Positions 27,611 through 40,299 of a DNA stretch of 64,000 nucleotides are shown here, piece by piece; the stretch's first letter is position 1, and each line of letters begins with the position of its first letter. The translations under genes and the position numbers were made by a program. The stretch is from Octopus vulgaris. Its lineage: Eukaryota. The stretch covers positions 14,074,001 through 14,138,000 of the forward strand of contig OX597826.1 in NCBI GenBank assembly GCA_951406725.2. Reading direction: 5' to 3'. The notes below the pieces were generated by a model, which was not told where the DNA came from, searched no databases, and saw only the letters and a list, made by a program, of their open reading frames with translations.

Positions 27611-27614
<4 letters not shown>

Positions 27615-27821
27615 CCCCGAAAGGATGAAAGGCAAAGTCGACCTCGGCGGAATTTGAACCCAGAACGTAACGGTAGACGAAATACGGCTACGCATTTCGC
27701 CCGGCGCGTTAACGTTTCGATAAATTAAGCACCAGTTACGTACTGGGGTCGATGTAATCGACTTAATCCCTTTGTCTGTCCTTGTTTGTCCCCTCTATGT
27801 TTAGCCCCTTGTGAGTAGTAA

Positions 27822-27823
<2 letters not shown>
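27611..27823. mobile_element. SINE family A with inverted 5' half
   Basis: 27611-27717 is the 5' half on the minus strand; 27717-27823 is the 3' half on the plus strand; flanked by (TA)n. Confidence 0.85.
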
Positions 27824-27885
<62 letters not shown>

Positions 27886-27897
27886 ATATAACCGATA

Positions 27898-27964
<67 letters not shown>

Positions 27965-28017
27965 ACATACAACATATATAGATATAGATATTTTTACACA
28001 CTACCGTATGTGAATAA

Positions 28018-29321
28018 TATTCTTAAAGTCAACATTTACTCACTCAGGACCACTTTTAGGCATTGTCTCTAACTCAGTTTTTAAGGAAAGTAGATGATGT
28101 TTATACATTTTATATTAATTACAGCTTAAGCTACATTTTCACCTACAAAATTTGAAAATGGAATCAGTAGAAAAATGTTTGAGTGAAATATGTGAGGTTA
28201 AAAACGGGAGAATGACGCCTGAAATCGACTTTGAGGTCAAATCTTTTTTTTTAAAGAAATCTTTATTTGGTTTTAGCTTATATGATAGGTCTAGGTGAAA
28301 GGATATCTATGTTAGTTATATGGAAATATATTAAGTAGGAAAAAAGAACTGAGATGGCGAAAAAAGCTGGCGAAAAAACGGTGATTAATGCCAGAAATCT
28401 ACTTTGACTCCAAATATTCTTCTTTCAAAAGTAAACTATATTTAAATTCAACTTTTCTGATAGATATCGACTACAGGAATCCCATGATGCTACTGATATA
28501 TAAAAAATTAAAATAAGAAACCAGTGGGGCCAAATGTGCCGAAAACAAATGATAACGCCTAAAAGCAAATGTAAAACCTAAACATTTTGATTTTGAGTAA
28601 AACTTTCGTTTTCGTTTAGCTCATTTTATAGAACTCATCAAGACAAGTGTCATGGTGCAAATGTTTTAACAAGATATTCAAAATGAAAACATGTTATTAT
28701 ATAAGCTAAATGTTACAAAAATACGTAAAATAATTTTCAATTAATATTATTACTTATTACAGTACTAAGACAACGAGCTGGCAGAGTCGTTAACACGCAG
28801 GGTGAAAGCTTCACGGCCTTTCGTCTGTCTTTACATTCTGAGTTTAAATTCCTCCAAGGTCGTCTTTGCATTTTGTCTTTTCGGTACTCGACAAAATGAG
28901 GATCAGCTGAGCACTGAGGTCGATGTAATCAACTTCCCTCCACTCCGGATTTGATGGCCTTTATTGCAAACCAATATTGCAAAATGTCTGATTCAGTTCA
29001 GTATATAGGTATCTTGCAAAGATCTACTTCATATTCATGGAATATACTGTTTTGTAATAAATATATATTGTAATGAATATCATTCTCACTCTATTCTTAA
29101 AGTCAATAATTATTCACTCGTGACCACTTCTAGGCTTTGTCACTAATTCACTTTTCTTTACCAAATTTGCTGATGGTTATACATTTTTAGATTGATCAGC
29201 TACTAACTTACATTTTGAGCTACAAAATTTGAAATTTGGTAAAGTAGAAAAAAAATTGAGATTTCATGTATGTAAGGTCAAAAAGAGGAGAATAACACCT
29301 GAAATGGACTTCAGGGCTAAA
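28018..29321. repeat. Diverged ~220 bp direct repeat (28018-28241 and 29092-29321), with an old SINE at 28770-28960 between them
   Basis: Both begin tattcttaaagtcaa..ttcactc..gaccactt.tagg and share ctacaaaatttgaaa and ggagaat.ac.cctgaaat.gactt. Confidence 0.7.
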
Positions 29322-29799
29322 CACGCGACGCTGCTTACATACTTTCGAAATAACACAGACACACACACATGCACATACACATAAGTAAGTTTTAAAACAC
29401 TCATGAAAGGAAACAAAGGTGTGACGAAGGTGTAGCTTTCAGGAGAGATTGGGTAAGTTGACAACAATTGATGACAAGTGGACTCTGCTGTCCATCGTAT
29501 ATAAACACGCACACATACACATACATGCACACACACACATACATACATACATACATACATACATACATACATACATACATACATACATACATACATACAT
29601 ACATACATACGTACATACATACATACATATATACATATATATACACATGCATATGTACGTACGTACATGCATACATATATGCGTATATATATGCGTACAT
29701 TCATACATGCATACTTATTGCATACATTCATACGTACATCTATACAGGCATACTTATTGCAGAAAAATGTTACTGAGGTTTAAAGCTTAATCCTTTTCA

Positions 29800-30400
29800 C
29801 CTAATCAGAAGACAGTGTACTAAGACATGATGAAATTATATTTTCACTAGGGTGCCGGTTACTTGTCCTTGGACAAGCTCTAACCAGGCAGGGTTGGCGT
29901 TGTACGGATTGAAGCAACAACCTCCGTCTAAGGCTAGAATGCGCCTGCAGATATAAATTTAATTCAGTTTCTGCTAGTACGTTGGATTGTCAACCACGTA
30001 GTTTGAAGCTTCTCATTCTATCAGCCTTATCCACATGGAAAGTAACCTGTTCGCTTTCCTTGTTACTATGTTCACAGACTTGACAAGTTATCCTGCGCGG
30101 ATATGCTTTTTCGTAACCAATTTGACGTTCAAGTTGTTACTGCAATTAATTTATTTTAATTTATTCGGCTTGCGGAATTTGGTCTTTTCAGCAGTACTAG
30201 CGTCTATAATTTGGAATTTATATCCAGCTTCATATTTAAGGCAGTTGAGCACATGTAAGTATGTAGTAAGTAAAAACCAAATCCATTCATGCCCACCAGT
30301 ATATTCTCGGCAGACTGAGGACTGAATTTTAATGTTTGTACACAATAAAAATCCCCTTTGCACACTATTGTTCAGCGTTCTAAAAGTGTAAAATGAATTA
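29800..30400 (-). pseudogene. Cadherin-repeat remnant
   Basis: AENILVG (30291-30311), LHVLNCLKYEAGY, QIGYEK (30107-30124) and QVTFHVDKAD, in cadherin-domain order. Confidence 0.45.
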
Positions 30401-31089
30401 TTTTATTAGAACAAAACAAAAATATTGCCTTCTGAATCTTTTTAGAAATAGTTGAATTTCTTCATTATGACATTCTTGAACGAAACCCATGGTTGTAGAA
30501 ATTGAATTTATCATAGTTATTTGAATGTATATTCTGACCACCTTTGCGTAACTTTCTGTACCGCGTCATATTACTGACTCTCGTATTTTTGCTAAAACAG
30601 GATCTAGAAGCTGGCATTTTCTGCATGACAGTTCTCTATCACAGAATGAAAGCAAAATCATTATATGAGGGGGAACTTTTACTAAACAAACGAAAGCAGA
30701 GCATAACGACGACCAAAGTTGTAAGAGCTTCTGAACTTTTATAAGTTTTTTGTTTCTTTTAAATTTTAATTCAATATTAAGAGTAGCAGAATTTAGATTA
30801 TTATTTCTTAGGGTAAATTGATAAGGCTTTTGCTTTCAGACAATATGATTAGACTCTCAGAGTTGCAGGATTCAGATTATTTTATTTTCAGGCAAGTTGA
30901 CAAGAACAATAACTGAATTGCAGGCTTTATTTTGAATGAATTGCGACAACCAAACTAACTTCGCCCTAACAAGGGCAGGTGGCTCCGCCTGCCTTATGGT
31001 GGATGCATTAGTTATTTTTGCCGTTTTAAAAAAATTATGTTAGCCATGGCTTTACTATTCATATGATCAGATTCTTTTCTTACTATTGT

Positions 31090-31385
31090 TTGTTCCTTCT
31101 CGAGCCACACCTGGCTCATAAGGGCCGGTATCCCGGTTTCCTTGGCGTATAGGTTCATCACCTGGACGGGACGCCGGTCCATCGCAGGGGATCTGCAAAA
31201 TGCAAGAGGAAAAAGTGAAAGAAAGTTGTGGCGAAAGAGTCAGCAGATGTTCGCCATTACCTTCTGTCTGAACCGCGTGGAGCTTAGGTATTTTCGCTCA
31301 TAAACACACTTTATCACCCAGTCTGAGATTCGAACCCGCGATCCCTCGACCGCGAGTCCGTTGCTCTAACCACTAGGCCATGTGT
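31090..31385 (-). mobile_element. tRNA-derived SINE, family D
   Basis: Minus strand ggcctagtggttagagcaacgg...gggttcgaatctc (A and B boxes). Confidence 0.8.
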
Positions 31386-31434
31386 CTCAACTTTTCTTAC
31401 AATAGAGTTCGTATATTTTAATACTTCTCATCTG

Positions 31435-31585
31435 TCTATGTTCTGAGTTCAAATTCCCAGAGGTCAACTTTGCTTTTCATCCTTTCGGGGTTAATAAATT
31501 AAGCACCAGTTGCGTACTGAGGTCGATGTAATCAACTGGCTCCTTTCCCAAATATTTCAAGCCTTGTGCCTAGAGTAAAAAAGAA
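31435..31585 (+). mobile_element. SINE family A, partial
   Basis: ttctgagttcaaattcccagaggtcaactttgcttttcatcctttcgggg core. Confidence 0.8.
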
Positions 31586-32046
31586 TATTCACTATTATAA
31601 AAAAAAAATTATATTTCATAATGATTATCCATACTTAATCTTTTTGGCGCGTTTGTACTCTGCTCTTTGTTACCATGTAAACATTTTATAGGCAGTGAAG
31701 ATATAGGATCTAATATTTTCCACAATTATAATTCCATTTCTCATTTATAAAATTCTTATTTTAATTCAATCCTCAAAAAGGAAAAATAGTTCAAATATCT
31801 TTTTACAAAAGAATATTTATTAGTTTTATTGCATTGCCAAGTAAACGAGAGGATTACAATGAAAATTACGGGCGCATGCGTGTTAATATTCTTAAGTTAT
31901 TACACCTGGAAATGTACAGAACAAGATTTCTACAGTAGAATCTGCCTAATTCGTCACCTCCAAAGGAAACTAAAATGCGCTTAAAATATTGCAGCCGAGA
32001 ATAAAATTTTCAAAATTAATATACATTATAACAGGTAAATTTGGAA

Positions 32047-32455
32047 AGCTGGCAGAATCGTTAGCACGCCGGGCGAAATGCTTTGCGATATTTCGTCTGC
32101 CATTACGTTCTGAGTTCAAATTCCGCCGAGGTCAACTTTGCCTTTCATTCTTTCGGGTTCGATAAATTAAGTACCAGTTATGCACTGGGGTCGATATAAT
32201 CGACGTAATACGTTTGTGTGTCCTTGTTTGTCCTCTCTGTGTTTAGCCCCTTGCGGGTAGTAAAAAAGTAGGTATTTCGTCTGCTGTTACGTTCTGAGTT
32301 CAAATTCCACCGAGGTCGACTTTGCCTTTCATCCTTTCGGCGACGATTATTAAGTACCAGTTATGCACTGCGGTCGATATAATCGACTTAATACGTTTGT
32401 CTGTCCTTGGTTGTCCTCTCTGTGTTTAGCCCCTTGTGGTTAGTAAAGAAATAGG
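32047..32455 (+). mobile_element. SINE family A, head-to-tail dimer
   Basis: Core repeated at ~32090 and ~32273; TSD aggtaaatttg flanks the whole dimer. Confidence 0.88.
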
Positions 32456-33094
32456 TAAATTTGAGACAGTTTATTTTATTTTTTATGAGAATCTAAAAAA
32501 GTAAATCTATAAATTTATAAAAACATGCTACAAAAATAATCACCAAAAATTTAAACAAGAAAACTTATAGAAATCATGTCTTTTGAAATATACAAATAAA
32601 ATAGTCATTTTATTTATTTGTATCAAGTAAAAACAATAAAATATGAAGTTGTAATCACACAACATATTTTTTCACCTTAATTGAAATCTTATTACAAAAT
32701 ACAAAACATTGATTGCTGCAGAATGGTCATTAAATGGTATCAAATCTACCATAAGCTCAGTAAACTCTTTCACTTTAAAACAAAATCTGACATATAACTC
32801 ATGCAATTTATTAGTTAGAATTAATACAGTAGACTCAGCTTAAATCGTCTTTGGCTAATTCGATCCTTCACCTAATTCGCCACATTCAGTCCCCACCTAC
32901 GGATGACAAATCTGGTGAAATCTCCTGTATTTTTAAACATTAATTTTATTTTATTTCATTTTTAAAATACTACTTTTTCCAAAAATAAGCCAATGGGCTG
33001 AAATACAGACTTAAATAATTTTGTTAAAATCGGTTTAATTTTCTGGAAATAATAAAAAATTACTGGGTCTATATATGAAAAGAGTTTCTGAATA

Positions 33095-33400
33095 TAACTG
33101 TCAAACGCTTTACTGAAGTCAAGATATATGACATCAGAGTTCAAATCTGTTCCCAAGGCTTTAAGTATATCTTCAATGTTGTGTAAGAGCTGTGTTAGAC
33201 AGTCCCTGCCACAGCAAAAGCCAAGCGTTTAGGAGTTTGTGGGTCTCCAGGAAGTCAGCTATCCTTGATCTCACCACCCTTTCAAATAATTTAATGATGT
33301 GCGAGGTGGGCAATAGTTCACTGCGGAGGATCTGCGTCCCTGTTTGAGAACCGGGATGACAGACTGGGATAGGAGCTGCTTCTACAGAGGTTGGTCAGAG
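33095..33400 (-). mobile_element. LINE RT fragment (CR1/L2-like)
   Basis: DVIYLDFSKAFDS preceded by GFCCGRDCLTQLL and TSHIIKLFERVV. Confidence 0.8.
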
Positions 33401-33414
33401 GAACTGCTACTTGG

Positions 33415-33528
33415 TCCTGGGTTCAGTTTCACTGCGTGGCACCTTCAGTAATTGTGTTCCACTATAGCCTCGGGTCGACTAGAGCTTTGTTAGTGGATTT
33501 GGTAGACTGAAACTGAAAGTAGCCCGTC

Positions 33529-33579
<51 letters not shown>

Positions 33580-34060
33580 CATATACAGGGTGTCCCAGAA
33601 GTTGCTCACCATTACGATCTTTTAAAAGAATACAGCCTTATTGATTTCGAAAACAATTTATTGAAATTAATCGTAACAAATGCTCATATTAAGCACTCTC
33701 TGCAATAAAACTTGCAGAAAAAATATAACAAAATAAAATGCTTTAATCATTTTAAATGAAAACCAGAATGGTGCGCGACTTCCGGGACACCCTGTATATA
33801 TATATATATGTGTGTGTGTATATATATATATATACACATATATATGAGTCTATGTATGTATCTTTGTGTCTGTGTTTGTCCCCACCATCGCTTAAGAACC
33901 GATGTTGGTGTTTTTATGTCCCGTAACCTAGCGGTTTGACCCCAGAGATCGATAGAATAAGTACTAAGCTTACAAAGAATAAGTCATGAGGTCTATTTTT
34001 TCGACTAAATGGCGGTGTTCCAGCATGGCCGCAGTCTAATGATTGAAACGGGAAAAAAGA
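33415..34060 (+). mobile_element. SINE family B interrupted by a MITE
   Basis: Homologous to 16489 on both sides of 33586-33794. Confidence 0.85.
33586..33794. mobile_element. Tc1/mariner-type MITE, 209 bp
   Basis: 28-bp TIRs cagggtgtcccagaagttgctcaccatt / aatggtgcgcgacttccgggacaccctg, with TA on both sides. Confidence 0.88.
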
Positions 34061-36169
34061 ATATATATATATATATATAATCAAAGCTAAATTATCTGTG
34101 AACCTCTGAATGAATTCAAATGATTACTCCCTCACTAAATGTTTTTGAAAATGTTTGTACAGCCCTAAACTGTCGTTTGGGATTTTGATCCCAAGCTGGC
34201 GTGAAAGATTCTGTCCTTTTCCACCCCCTATCTAAGAGGAAACTTATGTCTCTTTCCACACTCTCGTCTCGATGTCACTGAAAAATGTATAGCAATATAT
34301 CTCAATAAGCCAAGTAAGACAACAATGTATTCTCTAATAAAACAAAGCATTTGCACACACACACACCACTAAGCAGAAATTGAAACACTTGATATTCTCA
34401 TTTTCTGATTTTTAAATCAAGCCTATTCTGATAAAAGTTTGACATTCTTTTTAGTTTCGATTAAAATCATTCCAAAATTTCATACTTTCTATATTCAGTA
34501 ACACGTATTTAACATAAAATAAAATAAATGAATCAATGAAAACAACGTCATTGATGAATAACCAACTTTCTAATTTCGTTAACAAACATTCTTGATGGGA
34601 TGTTAGACTCTATCTTTCATTTATGTTATTTATTTTTTTTTTGCATTGTATGAAATTTTAATATATGTTCAATGTGAAGACAAGCAGTCAATTCTTATTT
34701 TTATTTATACCAAAATATAATCGTAAAAGATTCTTTTTCCGAAACTATTCGTCGACGTCCTAATCAAGAAATACTGTCTCCTGTAGTTGTCCAAACATTC
34801 TCGTCTCATCCAATAGCTAAGACAGGTGAATTTTAAAATGTCTAATATAATTAATAGGATCAAGTGACATTTATTACAAACACGAGTCTATTAGTGACAA
34901 TATATTACAGGTTGTTTCTGGAGAAAGGAATAAACTAATTACAGAAATACGAACCGATTTGAAAAAGGCTATCAACCGTCGAATTTAATTTACAAGTTTC
35001 TTCAAGAATCTTTGAACATTTGCATGTGTCGCTAAATACACATTGCAGAACAATGAAGGAACAGTTAATACGGTAAGGTATGTTGACCGAAGAATGAATA
35101 TATCAGTAGCTTTTTAATGTTTTGATCGTAGGTTCATATCTCATATGAGCTATGGAGAATGAGTTTACGAATAAAATTTCACTTTTATCGGCATTCAAAA
35201 GTATGTTTTGTCATGCTTAAATTCCTAACCAAAAATTATCGCATGAAAATTTGGATACAAGCAAACGATCGAATCTCGTAGAGGTCTTCAGTAAAAGTCA
35301 GCATGTGTGAATCATTCTTCAATGAGAAATTACACTTCTCTACCCAAAAGGACTTAACTGTGTGCGTGGAGTTGTCCCTATTTATTACTAGATGTATTTA
35401 TTGCTAATCATTTTATGGTCTTGGTTGTTATAATTTTAATGGAGTGCTAATGATAGGGAAGGAATCGAATTTTTGAAATATTGTGGTCATCGAATATATT
35501 CTGAATGTGTGATGGAAGCCAAACAAACATATTCATCATATGAATGATGTACAAAAGGATGTACAGGAAGTGAAAAAGTCACTACAGCTATATGTTGATT
35601 AGACTCTCCGTTCTGACACCAAAAATGATTTACATCACCAGCCAAAATATTAGGGTGGCGCAACAATTAGTTCCAATAAAATGCAAAACGGTATTTATTT
35701 TGGCTCGTTATATTCTGAGTTCCAATCTCGCTGAGGTCAACCTTGCATTTTATATACTTCCAGGGCCGATAAAATTACGTATAAATAAGGTAGTGATGTA
35801 GATTGAATTTATCAGCCCTTCGGCTAGAAATATAGAAATTTTCATTGGTAACTGATGCGAGAGAAGTGTCAGCGTCGTTAGACGCCAGGAAAGATGCCTT
35901 GTATAGTCGATCCAATTCTTAATCGAATTGCACCATGCTTAATCTTACTCTTCATACTCGTAGGAACGATTTGATTGGCAAATTTTCTTCTTCCAAACAT
36001 AATAGTCTCCTCGTAGTTCATATTCAGTTTCCACCAAAGTCGACTTGTTTATTTTTTAGATATGGATAAGAAGTTTCAATTAAAATTTTAGTATTAAAAA
36101 TTTAGTATTTTCGTATATGTACATAATATATATAATATATAATATATATATATATATATATATTATATA

Positions 36170-36250
<81 letters not shown>

Positions 36251-36265
36251 TTCATTAGAATTTTC

Positions 36266-36735
36266 TCCACGCCACCATCTCTTCAGTTATCCGGCCATCG
36301 GAAAAACGCTATGAAAAATGAACGTTATGCAAAGGGAAATTACTGTGGTATTGACCGCTATTAAGACAAAAGCGCTATTCGAATGACCACTAAGTAAGGT
36401 AAGGGGGTAAAAGGTTCATAGTATTTGCGTAAGCGCACCTGTTCATACTTATACATGTGCACCCGCACACCCACGTGGGTACGCATACATTCATCCACCC
36501 TCACTTGAAAAACGTGCACATCCTTACTCAAATCCTTCAGTTAATTTTTGTTTAACGGTCATCTTTCATAGCGTTTTTCCGATGGCCGGATAACTGAAGA
36601 GATGGTGGCGTGGATTTCCACCTCCGCATCCGAAACTCAGAGTATTATCTTGGCTGCCGAATAATTGTCACATATTACATTTACAGATAAATTCCTCTAT
36701 TTACATAATATTAAGGTATCTTTCATTCTTTTGTT
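36266..36735. mobile_element. PLE pLTR-like fold-back element (arms 36266-36345 / 36538-36614)
   Basis: tccacgccaccatctcttcagttatccggccatcggaaaaacgctatgaaa is mirrored exactly; same family as 60117-60310. Confidence 0.85.
36585..36654 (+). ncRNA. Type-I hammerhead ribozyme, canonical core
   Basis: gccggauaa CUGAAGA gaug..gugga-uu-uccac..cauc c GAAA cucagag UA uuaucuuggc; GUA cleavage triplet. Confidence 0.8.
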
Positions 36736-36794
36736 ATCTTACCGTTTTTATCAATATATAATATAATATAATATAATATGGTATAATATAATAT

Positions 36795-36830
<36 letters not shown>

Positions 36831-36932
36831 TCGGGGTGAGTACTTGATAATTGTAAGCACCTGTATATACCGTTTGGTGGTGTAGGTGGTGGAGTAAATT
36901 GATCAAAATAAAAACATGATGCCAAGGATTCA

Positions 36933-37010
36933 GCGGTACATATGTTTCGGGCCTTTATTAGACAGATTTATAACAATGCATAATGTATGTCTGTGGCCTT
37001 CTTCAGCCGC
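36933..37010 (-). ncRNA. Type-I hammerhead ribozyme (mirror of 39599-39676)
   Basis: Minus strand gcgg CUGAAGA aggcc...ggccc GAAA cauaug UA ccgc. Confidence 0.8.
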
Positions 37011-39016
37011 GCACAACAACTTCCACAAGGACATGTGTTACATCAAAAATTCTTGGTTGGGGATGCAAATCCTCTAATTCGCGTACGACATAATCCAGCA
37101 ACATCATAGAATTGAAGCGTCCATCTCGTTCTTCTCTCAATGTAGAATGAGGAAATTTGGATGTTGAAGTAATGTAAATAAATTAATAAATAAATACATA
37201 TATAGACGTGAAGGGACCTGGTAATAAGAGTAAATAGGGGTAAAGATGGAGGGGCGAGAATTCAGGACGAAGGATAAAAAATATATAAAAAGTGTAAGTA
37301 TAGAAAAATATAAAAGTGTAGAGTATAAAGATATAAAGAGATATAAGGAGATATAAAGGGGATATAAAGAATATAAAAAAATATATATGAATATAAAGGT
37401 ATAAAATTATAAAGTATAAATTGAAATAGAAATAAAAGTAAAAATAGAAATAAAAATAAAAATAAAAATAGGAATAAAAATAATAAAAAATGTAAAAGAA
37501 TATAAGGATAAGGGATGTATAGTGGTTACGAACCAAACATGGTGGTCAGGAAAATGACAAAATTTAGTTGTAGAAGTTTTGGGTGTCAATAAATCAACAG
37601 GGGTGTCTGGGGACTTAGTGTATTGTAAATCAGAGCTGTTGAGCAGCTAATCTAGTTCCTTGAATTAAGTGGTCATCTTGTACATACCAGCATGGATACA
37701 TACACCCATATACACGCAACATATACGCACGCATACACAGCTCCAAGCATATAAGCATACATACGTACTCACGTGTAAACATATACAGAAACACATATAC
37801 ACCCACACACATGCGCATATATACATACATACAACAGAATATGCGTATATATACACGGACATTATACGTGTACATATACACATATACATATATACACACA
37901 CACGCACATACACATATACATATACACATACACATATGCATACATATATGCACATGTATACATATACATACGTACGCATATACACACACCTATATATACA
38001 TACGTACGTCCATCCTTACATACATATACACAGATGGCCACACATACAGGTTTAGATATAAGATATTAAAGGATGTATATAAGAACGCATGTAAAGAATC
38101 ACGCACTCACGTCTACACGTACACGCACACACGGCTGTGTGTCTATATGTGCGTGTACATATACAATTACATACACACACAGAGACATACGCGCGTATAG
38201 GTATAGCTATAAGATATTAAAAGATGTATACAAATATGTGTAAACATATGCATATAAGAAATCTGCGAAAACATGTAAAAAAACATGTAAAAATTTTTAA
38301 AAATTATTAAAGAAAATTATTAAAGAAGAGTAACGGGGTATGCACATCCAGACGTAGATGTTTACTCGTACATACGTACACATATGTATACGTATACATA
38401 CGTACACGGACGCACGTATAATCATAAAGCGGATCCATAGATAAGTAAATAAGGAATAAGCAAAAAATAGACAAATATAGAGATATAAAGCGATAAGTTA
38501 GGGGTAAAAATAGGAGTAAGAATAAAAATTAGAAATAAAAGTAAGAAATACAATATAAAATAAGAAATACAATATAAAAGTTAGAAATAAAATATAATAT
38601 AAAATATAAAAATTATAAGAACTATAAGAATTAAAAAAAGAATGAAAATAAAAATAAGAATAAAGGTAAAGCGAAATAGAATAGGATAAAGTAAAATAAA
38701 AATATAATCGAGTAAAGCTTAACATGAGATGAAGGAAAAAATAAAAGGTGGTTGAAAGTGTAAAGTTAAAGGTGTGTGCTAAAGGTGACCACATAGGGGC
38801 GGGCGGGGGGGAACTGAAAATTGGAAGGGTGGGAAGTGGAGTTTGGCGGTGTGCGCTCAACCTCCGAGTAAGAAATGTGAAAAGGTATAGATATAGGGAA
38901 ACAAAGAGTCTAGATAGGAAGAATGTAGGTGTAGGAGAAGAAATATATAGGGAAAAAAAACATATATGGGAGACAAAATGTGTATATATAGGAGGAAAAT
39001 GCAGGGAAATACATAT

Positions 39017-39063
<47 letters not shown>

Positions 39064-39598
39064 CATATATATACACATATATGTATATACATATATATAT
39101 ATACATACACATATACACGCACATATAGGAAAGCGGGATGCGCTGGAGCCGTCAGGTTGCACCGGGTGGGAGGAAATTGCATGGGGAGTTGGTATAATAG
39201 CCTAAGCTTTGTAGTATTTGAAAGTATTAATAAGTTTGTGTATACAGGATGGTTATATCTCTTTATATCTCTTTATATCTTTATACTCTACACTTTTATA
39301 TTTTTCTATACTTACACTTTTTATATATTTTTTATCCTTCGTCCTGAATTCTCGCCCCTCCATATTTACCCCTATTTACTCTTATTACCAGGTCCCTTCA
39401 CGTCTAAATATGTATTTATTTATTAATTTATTTACATTACTTCAACATCCAAATTTCCTCATTCTACATTGAGAGAAGAACGAGATGGACGCTTCAATTC
39501 TATGCTGTTGCCGCATTATGTCGTACGCGAATGAGAGGATTTGCATCCCCAACCAAGAATTTTTGATGTAACACATGTCCTTGTGGAAGTTGTTGTGC

Positions 39599-39676
39599 GC
39601 GGCTGAAGAAGGCCACAGACATACATTATGCATTGTTATAAATCTATCTAATAAAGGCCCGAAACATATGTACCGC
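39599..39676 (+). ncRNA. Type-I hammerhead ribozyme with large loop II
   Basis: gcgg CUGAAGA a ggcc-(~41 nt)-ggcc c GAAA cauaug UA ccgc; palindromic ACAUAUGU stem III. Confidence 0.8.
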
Positions 39677-40299
39677 TGAATCCTTGGCATCATGTTTTTA
39701 TTTTGATCAATATATATATATATATATATATATATACGCATGTGTGTGTGTCTTTGCGGTGTAGCAAATACGAAACGATAAAATAAGTAGCCAGCTTAAC
39801 AGAAAATAATTACTGGGGTCGATTCCTTCGGCTATAAACGCTTGAAGGCGGTGCCCCAGCAGACCGCATTCTAGTAACTGAAACAAGTGAAAAATTTAAA
39901 AAAAAAGGATAAAAGATCAGTATTTGGTAAAGAGATAGCAAAATTGATAAAGAATAACATCTTTCTCGGCCTTTCACATATATGTGCTAAGATATAATGA
40001 CACAGATCAATTTTGACTTGTCATAATTTAAGTTTCGATAAAATACATACACACTGCGTCAATTAATCGTGTCATTTTTGTGAAATTGTACTAAAGTTGA
40101 GCTCTCTCCAAGCACAATGAAACCTGAGTCATTCATTTTAGTCTTCCCACAAGTGAACTCAAATCAGTTCTTTCTTTACTGCGTTGCATATCCGTAGATG
40201 AAATCGATAAAATTGTACCAGTAACGTACAAAACGTAGATCCACATGACTTCGCTATCGTTTTTGTGAAATTGTGCTCTAATATATTGTGCTGCAATAT

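Larger units (their letters stand above)
36899..39710. mobile_element. 2.8 kb element with ~450 bp near-identical terminal inverted repeats, each carrying a hammerhead
   Basis: 36899-37346 is the reverse complement of ~39263-39710 with few mismatches; interior is low-complexity and non-coding. Confidence 0.9.
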
